Origin: Octopus sinensis
Lineage: Eukaryota
DNA length: 64,000 nucleotides
Assembly (NCBI RefSeq): GCF_006345805.1
Contig: NC_043003.1
Location: 67,394,001 to 67,458,000 of the forward strand
Reading direction: 5' to 3'
In this document: one piece after another, positions 13,429-25,762 of the stretch
Numbering within the stretch: the first letter of the stretch is position 1
How the letters are laid out: each line of letters begins with the position of its first letter
The notes under the pieces: model-generated
What the model saw: only the letters and a program-made list of their open reading frames with translations
What the model was told of the DNA's origin: nothing
Database searches by the model: none
Program-made: the position numbers and the translations under genes

Positions 13429-14207
13429 TTCGATTTACCAATAATAATGCGCGATATTTGTTAAATAACCGAAGTAATGTTTAATAAAATATAATATTTT
13501 ATGAGCGAAGTATACATTAAATGATGGGTGTAAATATAGAAGGAATGTTGTTAAATAGAGGAATATTGCCTCAGATGTTTAGCTCAGAGTCCGCCGTGCC
13601 CAGCCCTTAACAATGTGCTTTCTAAAATCTATATAGATACTAGGTGAATTACTCTATGTTTCCTTTCAACTTTTCCGGGGCGATGTCACTTAATGAATTA
13701 TTACTCAACAAATTCTTTCCCATTAAATGTCAGGTGATAACCTCCTCACTCATTGAGAAAAGTTGTTAAGGGAATCACGACAGACTGTTGCCCAAGACCC
13801 GTGGATCCATGCACTCGAATAGACATCTCTTCATTTCACCAGAGCTGTACCATGGATCCAGAGAGATTGGAAAGCACTGTGGTAATCGAACTCAGGACTT
13901 CTACTCTACATAAATAGAAATGCGAACAGAGTCGATGCTTTAGAAAAGTTAGAGGCATTTTTGATAAACGAGGAAATAACGACGATTCACAGCTAGAATT
14001 AAGTCTTTCAAAGCATTCTTTTATATTTTAGAAGATATGATTTCATTAGAATGTAATTTGATTGCCATTTCTAAGTGTCTTTCGTTTACTTGCCAAGTAA
14101 TGAATAGCATCAATGGGTACAGAGGTGTGGGGATTGCAAGTACGCTCATTAAGGTTCTATTTATATCTTTATCTTACTCTATTTCTCTCTCTCTTTCTCT
14201 CTCTCTC

Positions 14208-14245
<38 letters not shown>

Positions 14246-14323
14246 GCATTTGTTAAAACACGTTCCCCCACGAGTTGTTTTCTTTTCATGTTCCTTAACA
14301 TATGCTCATGTGTGTAGTTGTGT

Positions 14324-14675
14324 ACATACATACCTACATACATACATACATACATACATACATACATACATACATACACGCATACATACATACATACACA
14401 CATACATACATTCATACATACATACATACATACATACACACATACATACATACATACATACATACACACATACATACATACATACATACATACACACATA
14501 CATACATTCATACATACATACATACATACACACACACATACATACATACATACATACATACATACACACATACATACATACCTACATACATACATACATA
14601 CATACACACATACATACATACATAACATACATACATACATACATACATACATACATACATACATACATACATACA
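14324..14675. repeat. Long (CATA)n tetranucleotide microsatellite
   Basis: About 350 bp of near-pure CATA repeats. Confidence 0.95.
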
Positions 14676-15129
14676 TGTGTGTTTGAGGAAGTATGCTTGT
14701 GTTTATGTAAAAATATACTCAGTGCGTAGTTCACAGTGTGACCCTACTCCGTCGTATTTTAAACAGGACTCTTCTACTGCAGGTTTCATTAACTTCTATA
14801 CATTGTATTTTAAATTAAGTGAAAAACTGCGAGGAATTTCGATGTACATGCTCTTTGTATATCCAAACTTGTCACGCTATCTGTCACTATCAGACGACCC
14901 GATCCAAATATTACGTTGAGTGGAAGTAGACTGGAATATTACGTTTTAAAATACAATCAGGGAACTGTTACGCTCATCAGACACCAGCAATTTCCATTAT
15001 TTCAAACCCAGCTTGTGATGCTTTCATATCTATATTTCTCCTCACGTTATCCCCCATTAACACCTGGGTGACACTGTCTCGTGTCTTAAGACACTTTGGG
15101 TCGTTTACTCAGTTCCATACTTGGCCACG

Positions 15130-15310
15130 ATAGTAATATCCCACCTTGAATGGGGACATCAGTCTGTCACAGGTTTATTCATTTGCAGCGACTGGACCGG
15201 AGTAACGTGAAATGAAGGGTTTTATTTATGAATGAAATAAACCGCTCCGTTCGGGGATCGAAACCAGGACTTTGCGAGCAACATCCTAAACACTTGACTA
15301 CGCGTTTCAT
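15130..15310 (-). mobile_element. Degenerate tRNA-derived SINE (different family)
   Basis: Reverse strand: CGCGTAGTCAAGTGTTTAGGATG…GGTTTCGATCCC (A/B-box-like), then CATTTCACGTTACTCCGGTCC, similar to the body of the SINE at 24146. Confidence 0.5.
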
Positions 15311-15648
15311 GTATTTATGCGTCTTGTCTAATATAAATATATAAAATAAAGCATGCAAATATTTGTGTATGTGAAGACTAAAAGTGACATCATAAAACAA
15401 ATTATAACAATGTATTTAAGCAAAATAGGTGTTGATTAGTTGTGGTTGTTGGAGTTACCCAGGTTTTATGATTTTTGGCGCATGGATAATAGGATGAGAA
15501 AAAGTGTATCGCAGCTGGGGCCAAAATAACCTGTAAAATCTTTAATAGCCTCAATGCTATTCGGTGATTTCGAGGAAGATATTCCGTCGGAAGATGAAGG
15601 TCGATAAATATCCAGAAGCAAAGTAACACGTAAAATATAAATATTGTT

Positions 15649-15791
15649 GGCGTGGATGTGTGGTAAGAAGCTTGCTCCGGCTTCAGTCCCACTGCGTGGC
15701 ACCTTGAGCAAATGTGTCTTCTACTGTAGTCTCGAGTCGATGAAAGCGCTGAGTGGATTTGTTAGACGGAAACTGAAAGAAGCCTATCGTG

Positions 15792-15865
<74 letters not shown>

Positions 15866-16090
15866 TGTATGTTAGTGTGTGCCTGTTCTAGTCCCTCCAC
15901 CATCGCTTGACAACTGATCTTGGTGTGTTTACGTTCCCGTAACTTAGCGGTTCGGCGAAAGCCAACTCTCGAATAAGTATCAGGCTTACAAAGATTAAGT
16001 CTAGGGTTCGATTTTTTCGACTAAAAAGTGGTTGCCCCAGCATGGCCACAGTAAAAAATGACTGAAACAAGTAAAAGTGTAAAAGTGTAA
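15649..16090 (+). mobile_element. tRNA-derived SINE, family A
   Basis: TGTGTGGTAAGAAGCTTGC…TTCAGTCCCACTGCGTGGCACCTTGAGCAA…(TA)n(TG)n…CCAGCATGGCCACAGT…GACTGAAACAAGTAAAAG. Confidence 0.85.
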
Positions 16091-16419
16091 TAGCACCGTG
16101 TTTCATTCAACGTATGAAATTAAAGAGAGAATAAATAACATTCTGGAATACTTTATGTCTTGTTCTAAACTAGTGAAAGTTAGAAGAGGAAAATGAAGGA
16201 GAACCAAACAGATCATTTAATCTACGGAATGGTAGTCCAAGTTTAACTTAAGATAATAACATTGCTATTTTTTCCTTGATCCCTACGACTCGTAAGGCCG
16301 TTATTTGTTTTGGGTTTCCGTAGCCTATAAGTGGCTAAGATAACAGCAGTCCTGCAGAACGGGACGCGAATACGCAGCAGAGATTATGAACAGTAATTTT
16401 GAGGAGAAGCTGCAAGTCG

Positions 16420-16582
16420 ACAACGTAGACTCCCATATTTCACTAATACCTTATTTTATTGACCCAGAAGGGATGCGAATAGGAGTTGACTGCAGTAGAA
16501 TTTGACCTCTGAACGTAAAAATCCGGTAGAAATGCCGTTAAGTGTTTTGTCCGACGCGTTAACGATTCTGCCAGCTCTCCGC
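16420..16582 (-). mobile_element. tRNA-derived SINE, family B
   Basis: Ends …GTTAACGATTCTGCCAGCTCTCCGC, the reverse complement of the head. Confidence 0.65.
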
Positions 16583-16660
16583 ATTTGAAAGTAAAGCAAA
16601 GATCCTATCATATCTTAAAATTACGGATCGGCAAATTGATAGAGAATTGCTAAGATAAAA

Positions 16661-16872
16661 TATTGGTTTCAAATTTTGACACATGACCGGAAATTTCGGA
16701 GAAGAAGATAAGTTGATTATATCAACCCCAGTGCACAACTGGAACATATTTTATCGACCCTGAAAGGATGAAAAGCAAGGTCAACCTCGATGGAATTCAG
16801 CTGAGAACGTAGACGGACGAAATGCCTCAAAACATTTTGTCCGGCGTGCTAGCATTTCTTCCAACTCACCGC
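16661..16872 (-). mobile_element. tRNA-derived SINE, family B
   Basis: TTTATCGACCCTGAAAGGATGAAAAGCAAGGTCAACCTCG core (reverse complement) plus head. Confidence 0.8.
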
Positions 16873-16893
16873 ATGTGGAAAAAACAATGCCCC

Positions 16894-17259
16894 ACTCTTT
16901 TACTTGTTTCAGTCATATGACTGCTGCCATGCTGGAGCACCGGCTTTAGTCGAGCAAATCGTCCCCAGGATTTATTCTTTGTAAGCCTAATACTTATTCT
17001 ATCGGTCACTTTTGCCGAACCGCTAAGTTATGGGGACGTAAACACACCAGCATCGGTTGACAAGCGATGTTGGGGGGACAAACACAGATACTAACATATA
17101 CAAACACACACACACACATATATATATATATACGACGGGCTTCTTTCAGTTTCCGTCTACCAAATCCACTCACAAGGCTTTGGTTGGCCCGAGTCTATAG
17201 TAGAAGACACTTGCCCAAGATGCCACTCCGTGGGACTGAACCCGGAACCACTCCTGCGC
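16894..17259 (-). mobile_element. tRNA-derived SINE, family A
   Basis: Reverse complement of family A with a small deletion between the A and B boxes. Confidence 0.85.
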
Positions 17260-18094
17260 TTATCGTAGTTTAAAAATACAGATGGGCATATTTAGCATAG
17301 AAATGCGAAATAGAAAATTTATGAAAAACAAAATCTGTAATTGTCGCGAGTTGCAAGTTTTAAATATAAATATTTTTGATAAGAGATTATAGGTTGCTAT
17401 GCACCAATAAATATAAGTAAAAGTCAAGTGTGTCAAACTGTAAATGTTGCACCGTGACAAAACGGACAAAAACCCACATGGTTCCACACACCTAGCTGTA
17501 AACATGTAGCATCAATTAATCTGCGGTAGTGTTGCATGAGAGTGCATGTGTTTGTGCGTATGTGTGCGTCTGTGCTTGCGTGAATCTCTGTACCTTAGTG
17601 CTACGGCCAAAACATTTTAGGTCGACTGGTCGATGGTAGTTCGATTACCGATACAGGTATTCACGGTCACGATTCTTCGATATCGTAGGTATACGATAGG
17701 AAATATATTGTTTCCTAAGCGTGCGTTTAATATTGCCATTCACTATATGAAGAAATTTTATTATTATTTTTTTTTGTTCCGGTACAAAGATATACCGCAA
17801 TTACACGTGTTCGACGGATACAAGAAAGGTAGCGACTCTATAGTGTGTCTGTGTCAAGAGATACCGGGAAGAATGAATGACCTACGTCTTCTGTTTTTTA
17901 ACATATTCACCATCGTCAGAAGTGAAAGGTCGATAGTATACGGGAGTTTTATACGTATGTGCGTGTGTGTGCTTGTGTGTAAATGTATCAATACATATAT
18001 ATATATATCTATATATAATGCGTGTCCAAAATATATGTATATATATATATATAAATATATATATATACACACACACACATATATACATACCACA

Positions 18095-18140
<46 letters not shown>

Positions 18141-18148
18141 TATTATAC

Positions 18149-18196
<48 letters not shown>

Positions 18197-18378
18197 ATAT
18201 ATATATATATATATATATGTACGGCTATCTGATATATCTACAAATTGAGGTTTTATTGGTATTTCGATCACTAATAACCAACAAAAGTGTATATGCATGT
18301 ATATACGTGTGTGCGTATTTACACACACCACCACACACACATATATGTATATAATATATAGTATATATAAATATATAC

Positions 18379-18439
<61 letters not shown>

Positions 18440-18657
18440 ATATATATATATATGTATATATTTATGCATGTATATATTATATGTATGTATATATTTATGT
18501 ATGTATATACGCATATTTATGAGTGTGTGTGTGTGTGTAGGTCAGCATGTGTAACTGTGAATTGCATTATATAACTCAAGAAGTATTGGGAGAAATCAAT
18601 CGAGATAAGGAAGGATATATAAGACTTATTTATGGCAGGAGTGCTCTTTAATTGTCA

Positions 18658-18696
<39 letters not shown>

Positions 18697-19026
18697 CACA
18701 CACACACGCACGGGCATACACGTAGTCTTATAGTCGTGATTCAGTACATGTGTATAATGTGTATATAGCTGTAAGAGAGTGTCTGTGTGCATACATATTA
18801 TAATAAATAGATATATATGTATGTGTACAGCAGAGTGTTTCTATATATGTGTGTGCCGTGTGTGTATTCGGCTTTCGACCGCCCGGCTCAGCTGGTTGTT
18901 CGTTTTTACCGCAGCGGTGTGTGTGTTTGTCGGCAAACAAACCTTGTTGTATGCTGTTTTCTCTCAGACTTTCTCACTCGCTCTCTCCCTCAAATTCGCT
19001 CTCTCTTTCTTTCCATCTTCGTTTAT

Positions 19027-19420
19027 CTCTTTACTCTTTACTCTTTTACTTGTTTCAGTCATTTGACTGCGGCCATGCTGGAGCACCGCCTTTAATCGAG
19101 AAACTCGACTCCGGGACTTATTCTTTTGTAAGCCCAGTACTTATTCTATCAGTCTCTTTTTGCCGAACCGCTAAGTAACGGGGACATAAACACACCAGCA
19201 TCGGTTGTCAAGCAATGCTAGGGGGACAGACACAGACACACAAACATATACGCACACATATATATATATACATATATACGACGGGCTTCTTTCAGTTTCT
19301 GTCTACCAAATCCACGAGGCTATAGTAGAAGACACTTGCCCAAGGTGCCACGCAGTGGGACTAAACCCGGAATCATGTGGTTGGTAGGCAAGCTACTTAC
19401 CACACAGCCATTCCTGCGCC
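19027..19420 (-). mobile_element. tRNA-derived SINE, family A (near full length)
   Basis: Ends …CTACTTACCACACAGCCATTCCTGCGCC (reverse complement of the head); tail (CTCTTTA)n. Confidence 0.88.
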
Positions 19421-19459
19421 TAACTCTTTTTAAAACACAAACAAATACTATATGTATGC

Positions 19460-19492
<33 letters not shown>

Positions 19493-19871
19493 ATATATAT
19501 ATAAACATTCGTAAATATAAATATATTAATATATATATGTATATAGACAGATAGGTTATATGTGTGTGTGTGTGTTTGTGTGAATAGATAGATAGAAATA
19601 TATACATTTATATACGTATATCAGTGCCTATTTATATACATGTGCGTATGTATATATATATGATTTTACACACAATCTCTCACAACCAATCTATCCATGC
19701 ATATACATACCTACACACACACACACCCACACCACACACACACACACACACACACATGTATATGTATCAAACAATGTATAAACACCTTGTGTGGGAGACT
19801 GTGTAGGAGTACATACATACATACATACATACATATGTACATATTAATTTGTGTGTGTATATATATAATAT

Positions 19872-19931
<60 letters not shown>

Positions 19932-20078
19932 ATATAGAGGGCATTATACATCCATGCCAGATATATGTATAAATATATATATAGATACACACACACATAT
20001 ATATAGATACACACACAGACATACATATAGATACACACACACATATAGATACACACACATATATATAGATACACAGAC

Positions 20079-20109
<31 letters not shown>

Positions 20110-20480
20110 CTATATATCAATATACATATGCATATATATTTGTATATATATATATATATATAGGTATATATAAGTTACATATTTAACAAAACATATAAGC
20201 TATCTCTATAATATATATTAAATTCACTTAAAGTATTGTGAATACGTGTATGCGTATGTCCGTGTGTGTATGTGCGCATATAGGTACTGTAGGTTACATG
20301 TATTTTATGCCAGTGACTTCCATGCTGTCAGCCGTTCGCCTTCGACTTGGGATAGAATTGTTTCACTTTGTTTAACTCACTGCAATTCCGTGTTCAGTAA
20401 GGACATGGCTTTATATTTTAATGTGAGATGTAGTATGCGCGCGCTAAAGCCAGCCCGCTGCCCATGTGCATACATGTGTT

Positions 20481-20571
<91 letters not shown>

Positions 20572-20635
20572 TATATATATAATATATATAATATATATAT
20601 ATATATATATGTATATACATACATATATATATATG

Positions 20636-20680
<45 letters not shown>

Positions 20681-21091
20681 ATATATATATTATAGACATG
20701 ATATATACATATCGATATATATATATACATATATACATACGTACACATGTTTATTCATAGATATATGTGTATACATATATATATATACACACACATATAT
20801 GTACGTACATATATACATATATATATATCACATATATTCATACATATGTATGAATACACATATATATATGCTACATATACATATATTTATGTGTGTATCT
20901 ATGTATGTATGTATGAATATATGTATGTATGTATGTATATATGAATGTATCTATGTATGTATGTATGTATATACGCACCGACAGAGTTGCCGACATGGGG
21001 TTATAACTATTGCTGCCAGTAAAATTATTTTATTATATATTTAGTTTTTTTTTTTTCTTTTTCTTCATTGAGATGTAGGAAATTTTCTTAC

Positions 21092-21187
21092 CGGTCCGTC
21101 CTCTGGGAAAATATAGTCGACAGCTTCTCGATCCTTTTGTTCTTCAACTAAGTCAAGGGAAACCGTGGAACAGTAATTATCCCCCAT
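21092..21187 (-). CDS. Candidate first coding exon of an unidentified minus-strand gene (MGDNYCSTVSLDLVEEQKDREAVDYIFPEDGP, phase 0)
   Basis: Non-repetitive, relatively GC/CpG-rich segment. ATG is followed by 32 open codons ending at a strong donor CCG|GTAAGA, and a GA-rich promoter-like region lies upstream. Protein not recognised. Confidence 0.5.
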
Positions 21188-22829
21188 GAAATCCGTTGAA
21201 GAAAATGCGGTGTTTAGAACCGGGCCAATTTCTGAAATGAAAATATACCGACGTCCGCTTTTGAGTCGCTTTTTTATATCCTTCCTTCTCACGACTCTCT
21301 CTGTGTAATTTCGCGTCAAAAGACGTAACTGGTGTTTGAGTGAAGACACGGTTGATTAGCTGGTTGGTTGGCTTGTACGGCGGGTGGGTGGTTGAAGGGG
21401 TGGGTTTTAGTGTTGTCTGTTGGTTGGTTGGTTGGTTGGTTGGCTCGTTGTTATTTTGAGTTTATTACTGGGTGTCTGTGTTTGTTGTCTGCTTGTTAGT
21501 TTTAGTTTAGTCGGCACGGTGCGATTTGCTTTGGTTCGTGTTAGTTAAGGCTTTAAGTTTCAGTCGGTCTGATTTAGCGTCGATATAGCACGTGTGCTGT
21601 TGCTTCCCTGCAATTCACACTGCACTGCTGTCTTTTTCCATACACACAGACATACACACACACACACTCACACGCAGTCTCACTCTTTCTCTCTATTTCT
21701 TTCTCACAACACATATAGAGTTCGCCTCACTCCCTTCCTCACTCACTCAGTGTTTTACCACTACCTCATTCCCTCTCTCCCTCTCTCTCTCTCCCTCTCT
21801 CTCCCCCTCTCTCTCAATCTATTTTTTCCACTCTGTTCCTTCCAACTCCATCATATTGTGATCCTTCTCTTTATCTCGTCGCTCATTTCCCGGCTCTTTT
21901 TCTCTGTCTATCTCTAGCACACTTTTATTGCTGTAAACATGTCTGTGGGCCTGAGTGTTTGTTTATCTCTAAGTCCGCGCTCTACGCGTATGCAGGCGTG
22001 TGCATGCGTGCATGTGTGTGCATATACATATCTATTCTTGCGTGTATATGTTTGTGTGTTCGCGCCGTTTTTTCAATAGATGTTATTACTTGTATTTTTG
22101 TCTACATGTGCCGAAATGACTTTATATAAGCCAATGTATTTGATTATTTTTATTAACTGAAAATTTCTATAAACATGTTTATATTTTGTAATATCATTTT
22201 TTTTTTTCATCGAAATCCAGACGGGGATGGGCAGTCTTCTAATTGCTTGCAGCCTCTCCAGACAAGTAGCGGAGAAAAACAAAAACAGAGACCGGTAGCT
22301 TAGACTGAATGCTTTCAACAGTGAATTCGGCGACAGGAACCTCTACACCGGGTGTTGTGCTTCTGTTCTACGTGTTCAACTTGGTTCTCCTTATGCGTGC
22401 GCGTGTGTGCCTTTTGTGTTCATTTATTACAAAGATTGTTGTAATAAAAGTTAATATCTCATTTCCAGGTGCATTGATGTGCTCTGTGAACGTATTTGCG
22501 TGTAGACATATGCTTACTGTATACAGGTGCGCATACAAGCATTTGTTTTTGTTTTGGTGCAGCTGACATCGGAATATGGTAGTCACATGGGTAGTTCTTT
22601 CGTCTAAATAAGCAAGTCTTTATTATTTTATTATTTAAATTCCATCACCATCACACCGATCTTTCTCTCTCTATCCTATCTCTCTTCTCTCTCTCTCTCT
22701 CTCTCTCTCTCGCTCTTCTCTCTTCTCCTCTATATATATCTATATATATATATATATAGATAATATATATTATATATATATATATCCAGCTATCTATTTG
22801 TCTGTCTGTCTCTTTGTCTATCCAGCTAT

Positions 22830-22875
<46 letters not shown>

Positions 22876-22903
22876 TATTAGATATGTGTGTGTATGTGTA
22901 CAT

Positions 22904-22935
<32 letters not shown>

Positions 22936-23525
22936 GATATATATATATGTATGTATGTATGTATATATGCACACAGGCATTGGTACACATATGGATACAC
23001 ACACACAAACACAGACATACACACAGACACACCTACACGCACGCAGTGGTCACTATTTATTGTGACTATTTTGAGACGAGACATTTCGATAACAATAACC
23101 GGCTTATATTCTCAAGCAGAATATGTAAGAATATCTGCGTATATGATAATAAAATAATGAGATCTATTTGAAATTCACCAACTTGATAAAAAATAAGCTA
23201 TAATTGATATAAACACGGTTTTATCAGCGTATATGGTTTGTATTTAGATATATGTGCGTATGTTTGTTTGCGTGTGTGTGTGTGTATATATATATATAAT
23301 ATATATAATAATACATATATATATATATATATATCTATATTATATATATATAATACATACATACATAGATAGATAAATAGATAGATAATTTATGAGATAG
23401 ATGTGTATCTGAGCGTGGTTGTAATATATATATTTATATATATATATAATATATATATATATATAATATATATATATAATATATATATACTATTATATAT
23501 ATATATATATATATATATCTATATA

Positions 23526-23568
<43 letters not shown>

Positions 23569-23733
23569 CTATATACGTGTGCGTCGTTGTGTATATAAAT
23601 ATCTGTGTGTGTGTGTGTGTGTGTGTGTGCGGTTGTAAATAAACTTATATGTTTGTCGGTGGGAGAGAGAGTCTTTATGTGTACACACGTATCTACAAAC
23701 AATACGTTAGCCCCACCAGCGGCCGTAACATAC

Positions 23734-23769
23734 CAGCTCTTCCCCGTCTATCACAGCCATAAACATCAT
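23734..23769 (-). CDS. Candidate alternative first coding exon (MMFMAVIDGEEL, phase 0)
   Basis: Unique GC-richer island with an ATG-initiated 12-codon frame ending at CTG|GTATGT. Confidence 0.25.
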
Positions 23770-24024
23770 CCAGAACCGTCACAAAGCTCACACCACATCT
23801 ACGTAGCTAGTGACCCTTTCTTTTGATCTTCGTAGGATCCCAAGGCTTCTTTAGTATTTTCTTAAAAAATGTAATAGCAATAGCTGTGATTTTAATTAGT
23901 GCATAATTTCTAATTAATTTTAGATAACTAGTTTGTTACGCACTACTTTGCTACTAACCTTATTTTATTAAACGCCTCATTTCATATGTTTCTCTCTCTC
24001 TATCTAACTCTCTCTTTCTCTTTT

Positions 24025-24078
<54 letters not shown>

Positions 24079-24145
24079 GTATATATAATATATATATATG
24101 GATGCGAGTGTATATAATAATATATGTATGTATATAAATACAGTG

Positions 24146-24483
24146 AAGGCGCATGGCTCAGTGGTTAGAGCGTCGAGCTTACGATCGTGATGTTGTGAGC
24201 TCGAATCCCGGACCGGCTGCGTGTTGTGTTCTTGAGCAAGGCACTTTATTCACGTTGCTCCAGTTCACTCAGCTGTAGAAAGATGATTGCGACGTCACTG
24301 GTGCCAAAGCTGTATCGACCTTTGTCTTTCCCTTGGATAACACTTGTGGTGTGGAGAGGGGAGGCGGTATGCATGGGCGACTGCTGGTCTTCCATAAACA
24401 ACCTTGCCCGGACTTGTGTCTAGAAGGGTACTTTCTAGGTGCAATCCCATGGTCATTCATGACCGAAGGGGGTCTTTTCCCTT
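24146..24483 (+). mobile_element. tRNA-derived SINE, family C (apparently full length), inserted in (TA)n
   Basis: A box TGGCTCAGTGG and B box GAGCTCGAATCC, then CTTGAGCAAGGCACTT core and a 3' tail …GGGTCTTTTCCCTTTA. Confidence 0.85.
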
Positions 24484-24830
24484 TATATAAATACATATGT
24501 ATGTGTATATATTTGTTGTATATAATATGCATACATACATATATCCATATATATTATATATATATTATATATATAATATATATATATATATCTTATTATA
24601 ATATACACACGATCATATGCGTAAGCAAATGCTTATATAGGAGTGAGTTGGCAAATGAAAGGAAAAAACGACACATTAGCTGAGAGTTATGTATTTATTA
24701 ACAATTTGTCTCACCCTCAGACTTACTGTATCCATAGAACGAATCTACAAAACATTAAGTCATACGGAACTGAATCAAAATGATATGAAATTTTAATTTA
24801 AACCTTAAACTACATGACAAATAATCAATA

Positions 24831-25194
24831 CTAGCACTATGACCCGGCGTTGCCGTGTCATAGTGCTAGTGCATGCATATACAACTGCATGCGTGCACAC
24901 ATACACGCAAGTACTGTCCAAATCTCCGACTAATCACATACAGCTAGCTGGCATTCAATTGGCGTATCAAGTTTCGGGCATTTTGACTGGGTTTTGGATA
25001 GAAAATTCACAAAAATGTCAAATCTATTGATTTTTTAATGTATTTGCGGGGTGATTGGGGAAATGTAAAGATGTTCACGACCACCCTTGGACGGTTTTGA
25101 ATGACCATAGAAAGTGCGAGCCCTCTAACTAAAACATTGTGGAATTGTATAAAGGACACAGACACACACATTTTGCCGTTTATATATAGAGAGA
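24831..25194 (-). mobile_element. Non-autonomous Helitron
   Basis: Minus strand reads A|TCTCTCTATATATAAACGGC … CGGCAACGCCG hairpin … GTGCTAG|T: canonical 5'-TC, subterminal GC hairpin, 3'-CTAG and A|T insertion site. Confidence 0.85.
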
Positions 25195-25390
25195 TTTAAA
25201 ACTTTACGTATGTTTTCTTTTATTTGCTGTAATTATATAGTTTCCTATGCAATCGGAGTCTGAGTAATCACTATATAAAACAAGAGAAATTGCTTATGAG
25301 ATAGTTAGATACACCATCTTACGAACGTTTCATCAACGTTACCTTAGTTGGAAAGAGACCAGGATTCACTATCGCGGAAAAAGGCTAGCA

Positions 25391-25495
25391 ACATCCTGTT
25401 GTTGTTGAAATTGCAATGAAGGAGAGTTGGATCTAGGTTAGGAACCGGCTCCTTCTCTGTTGGCAAGAAATCTTGAAATATACTGAATAATGACA
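25391..25495 (+). mobile_element. RLE-LINE 3' UTR fragment (same family as 2385-2624)
   Basis: Direct similarity to those copies; ends in CATC/CATA repeats. Confidence 0.65.
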
Positions 25496-25511
25496 TCCAT
25501 CCATACATACA

Positions 25512-25553
<42 letters not shown>

Positions 25554-25721
25554 TATATATGTGTGTGTGTGTGGTGGTGTGTGTGTGTTGTGTGTGTGTG
25601 TGTGCGTATGTAAGATAAATAGAAAGTAGATAGATAAATAGATAGATATATTCAATACCACCACCATAACCACTACAATAACGTATGTCTATGTATGTGT
25701 CTGTGTGTGTTTGTGGGTGTG

Positions 25722-25762
<41 letters not shown>

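Noticed and set aside
24146-24225. tRNA gene-like sequence (also 60768-60820)
   Set aside because: Continues into a SINE body and lacks a complete acceptor stem and terminator, so it is treated as a SINE head.
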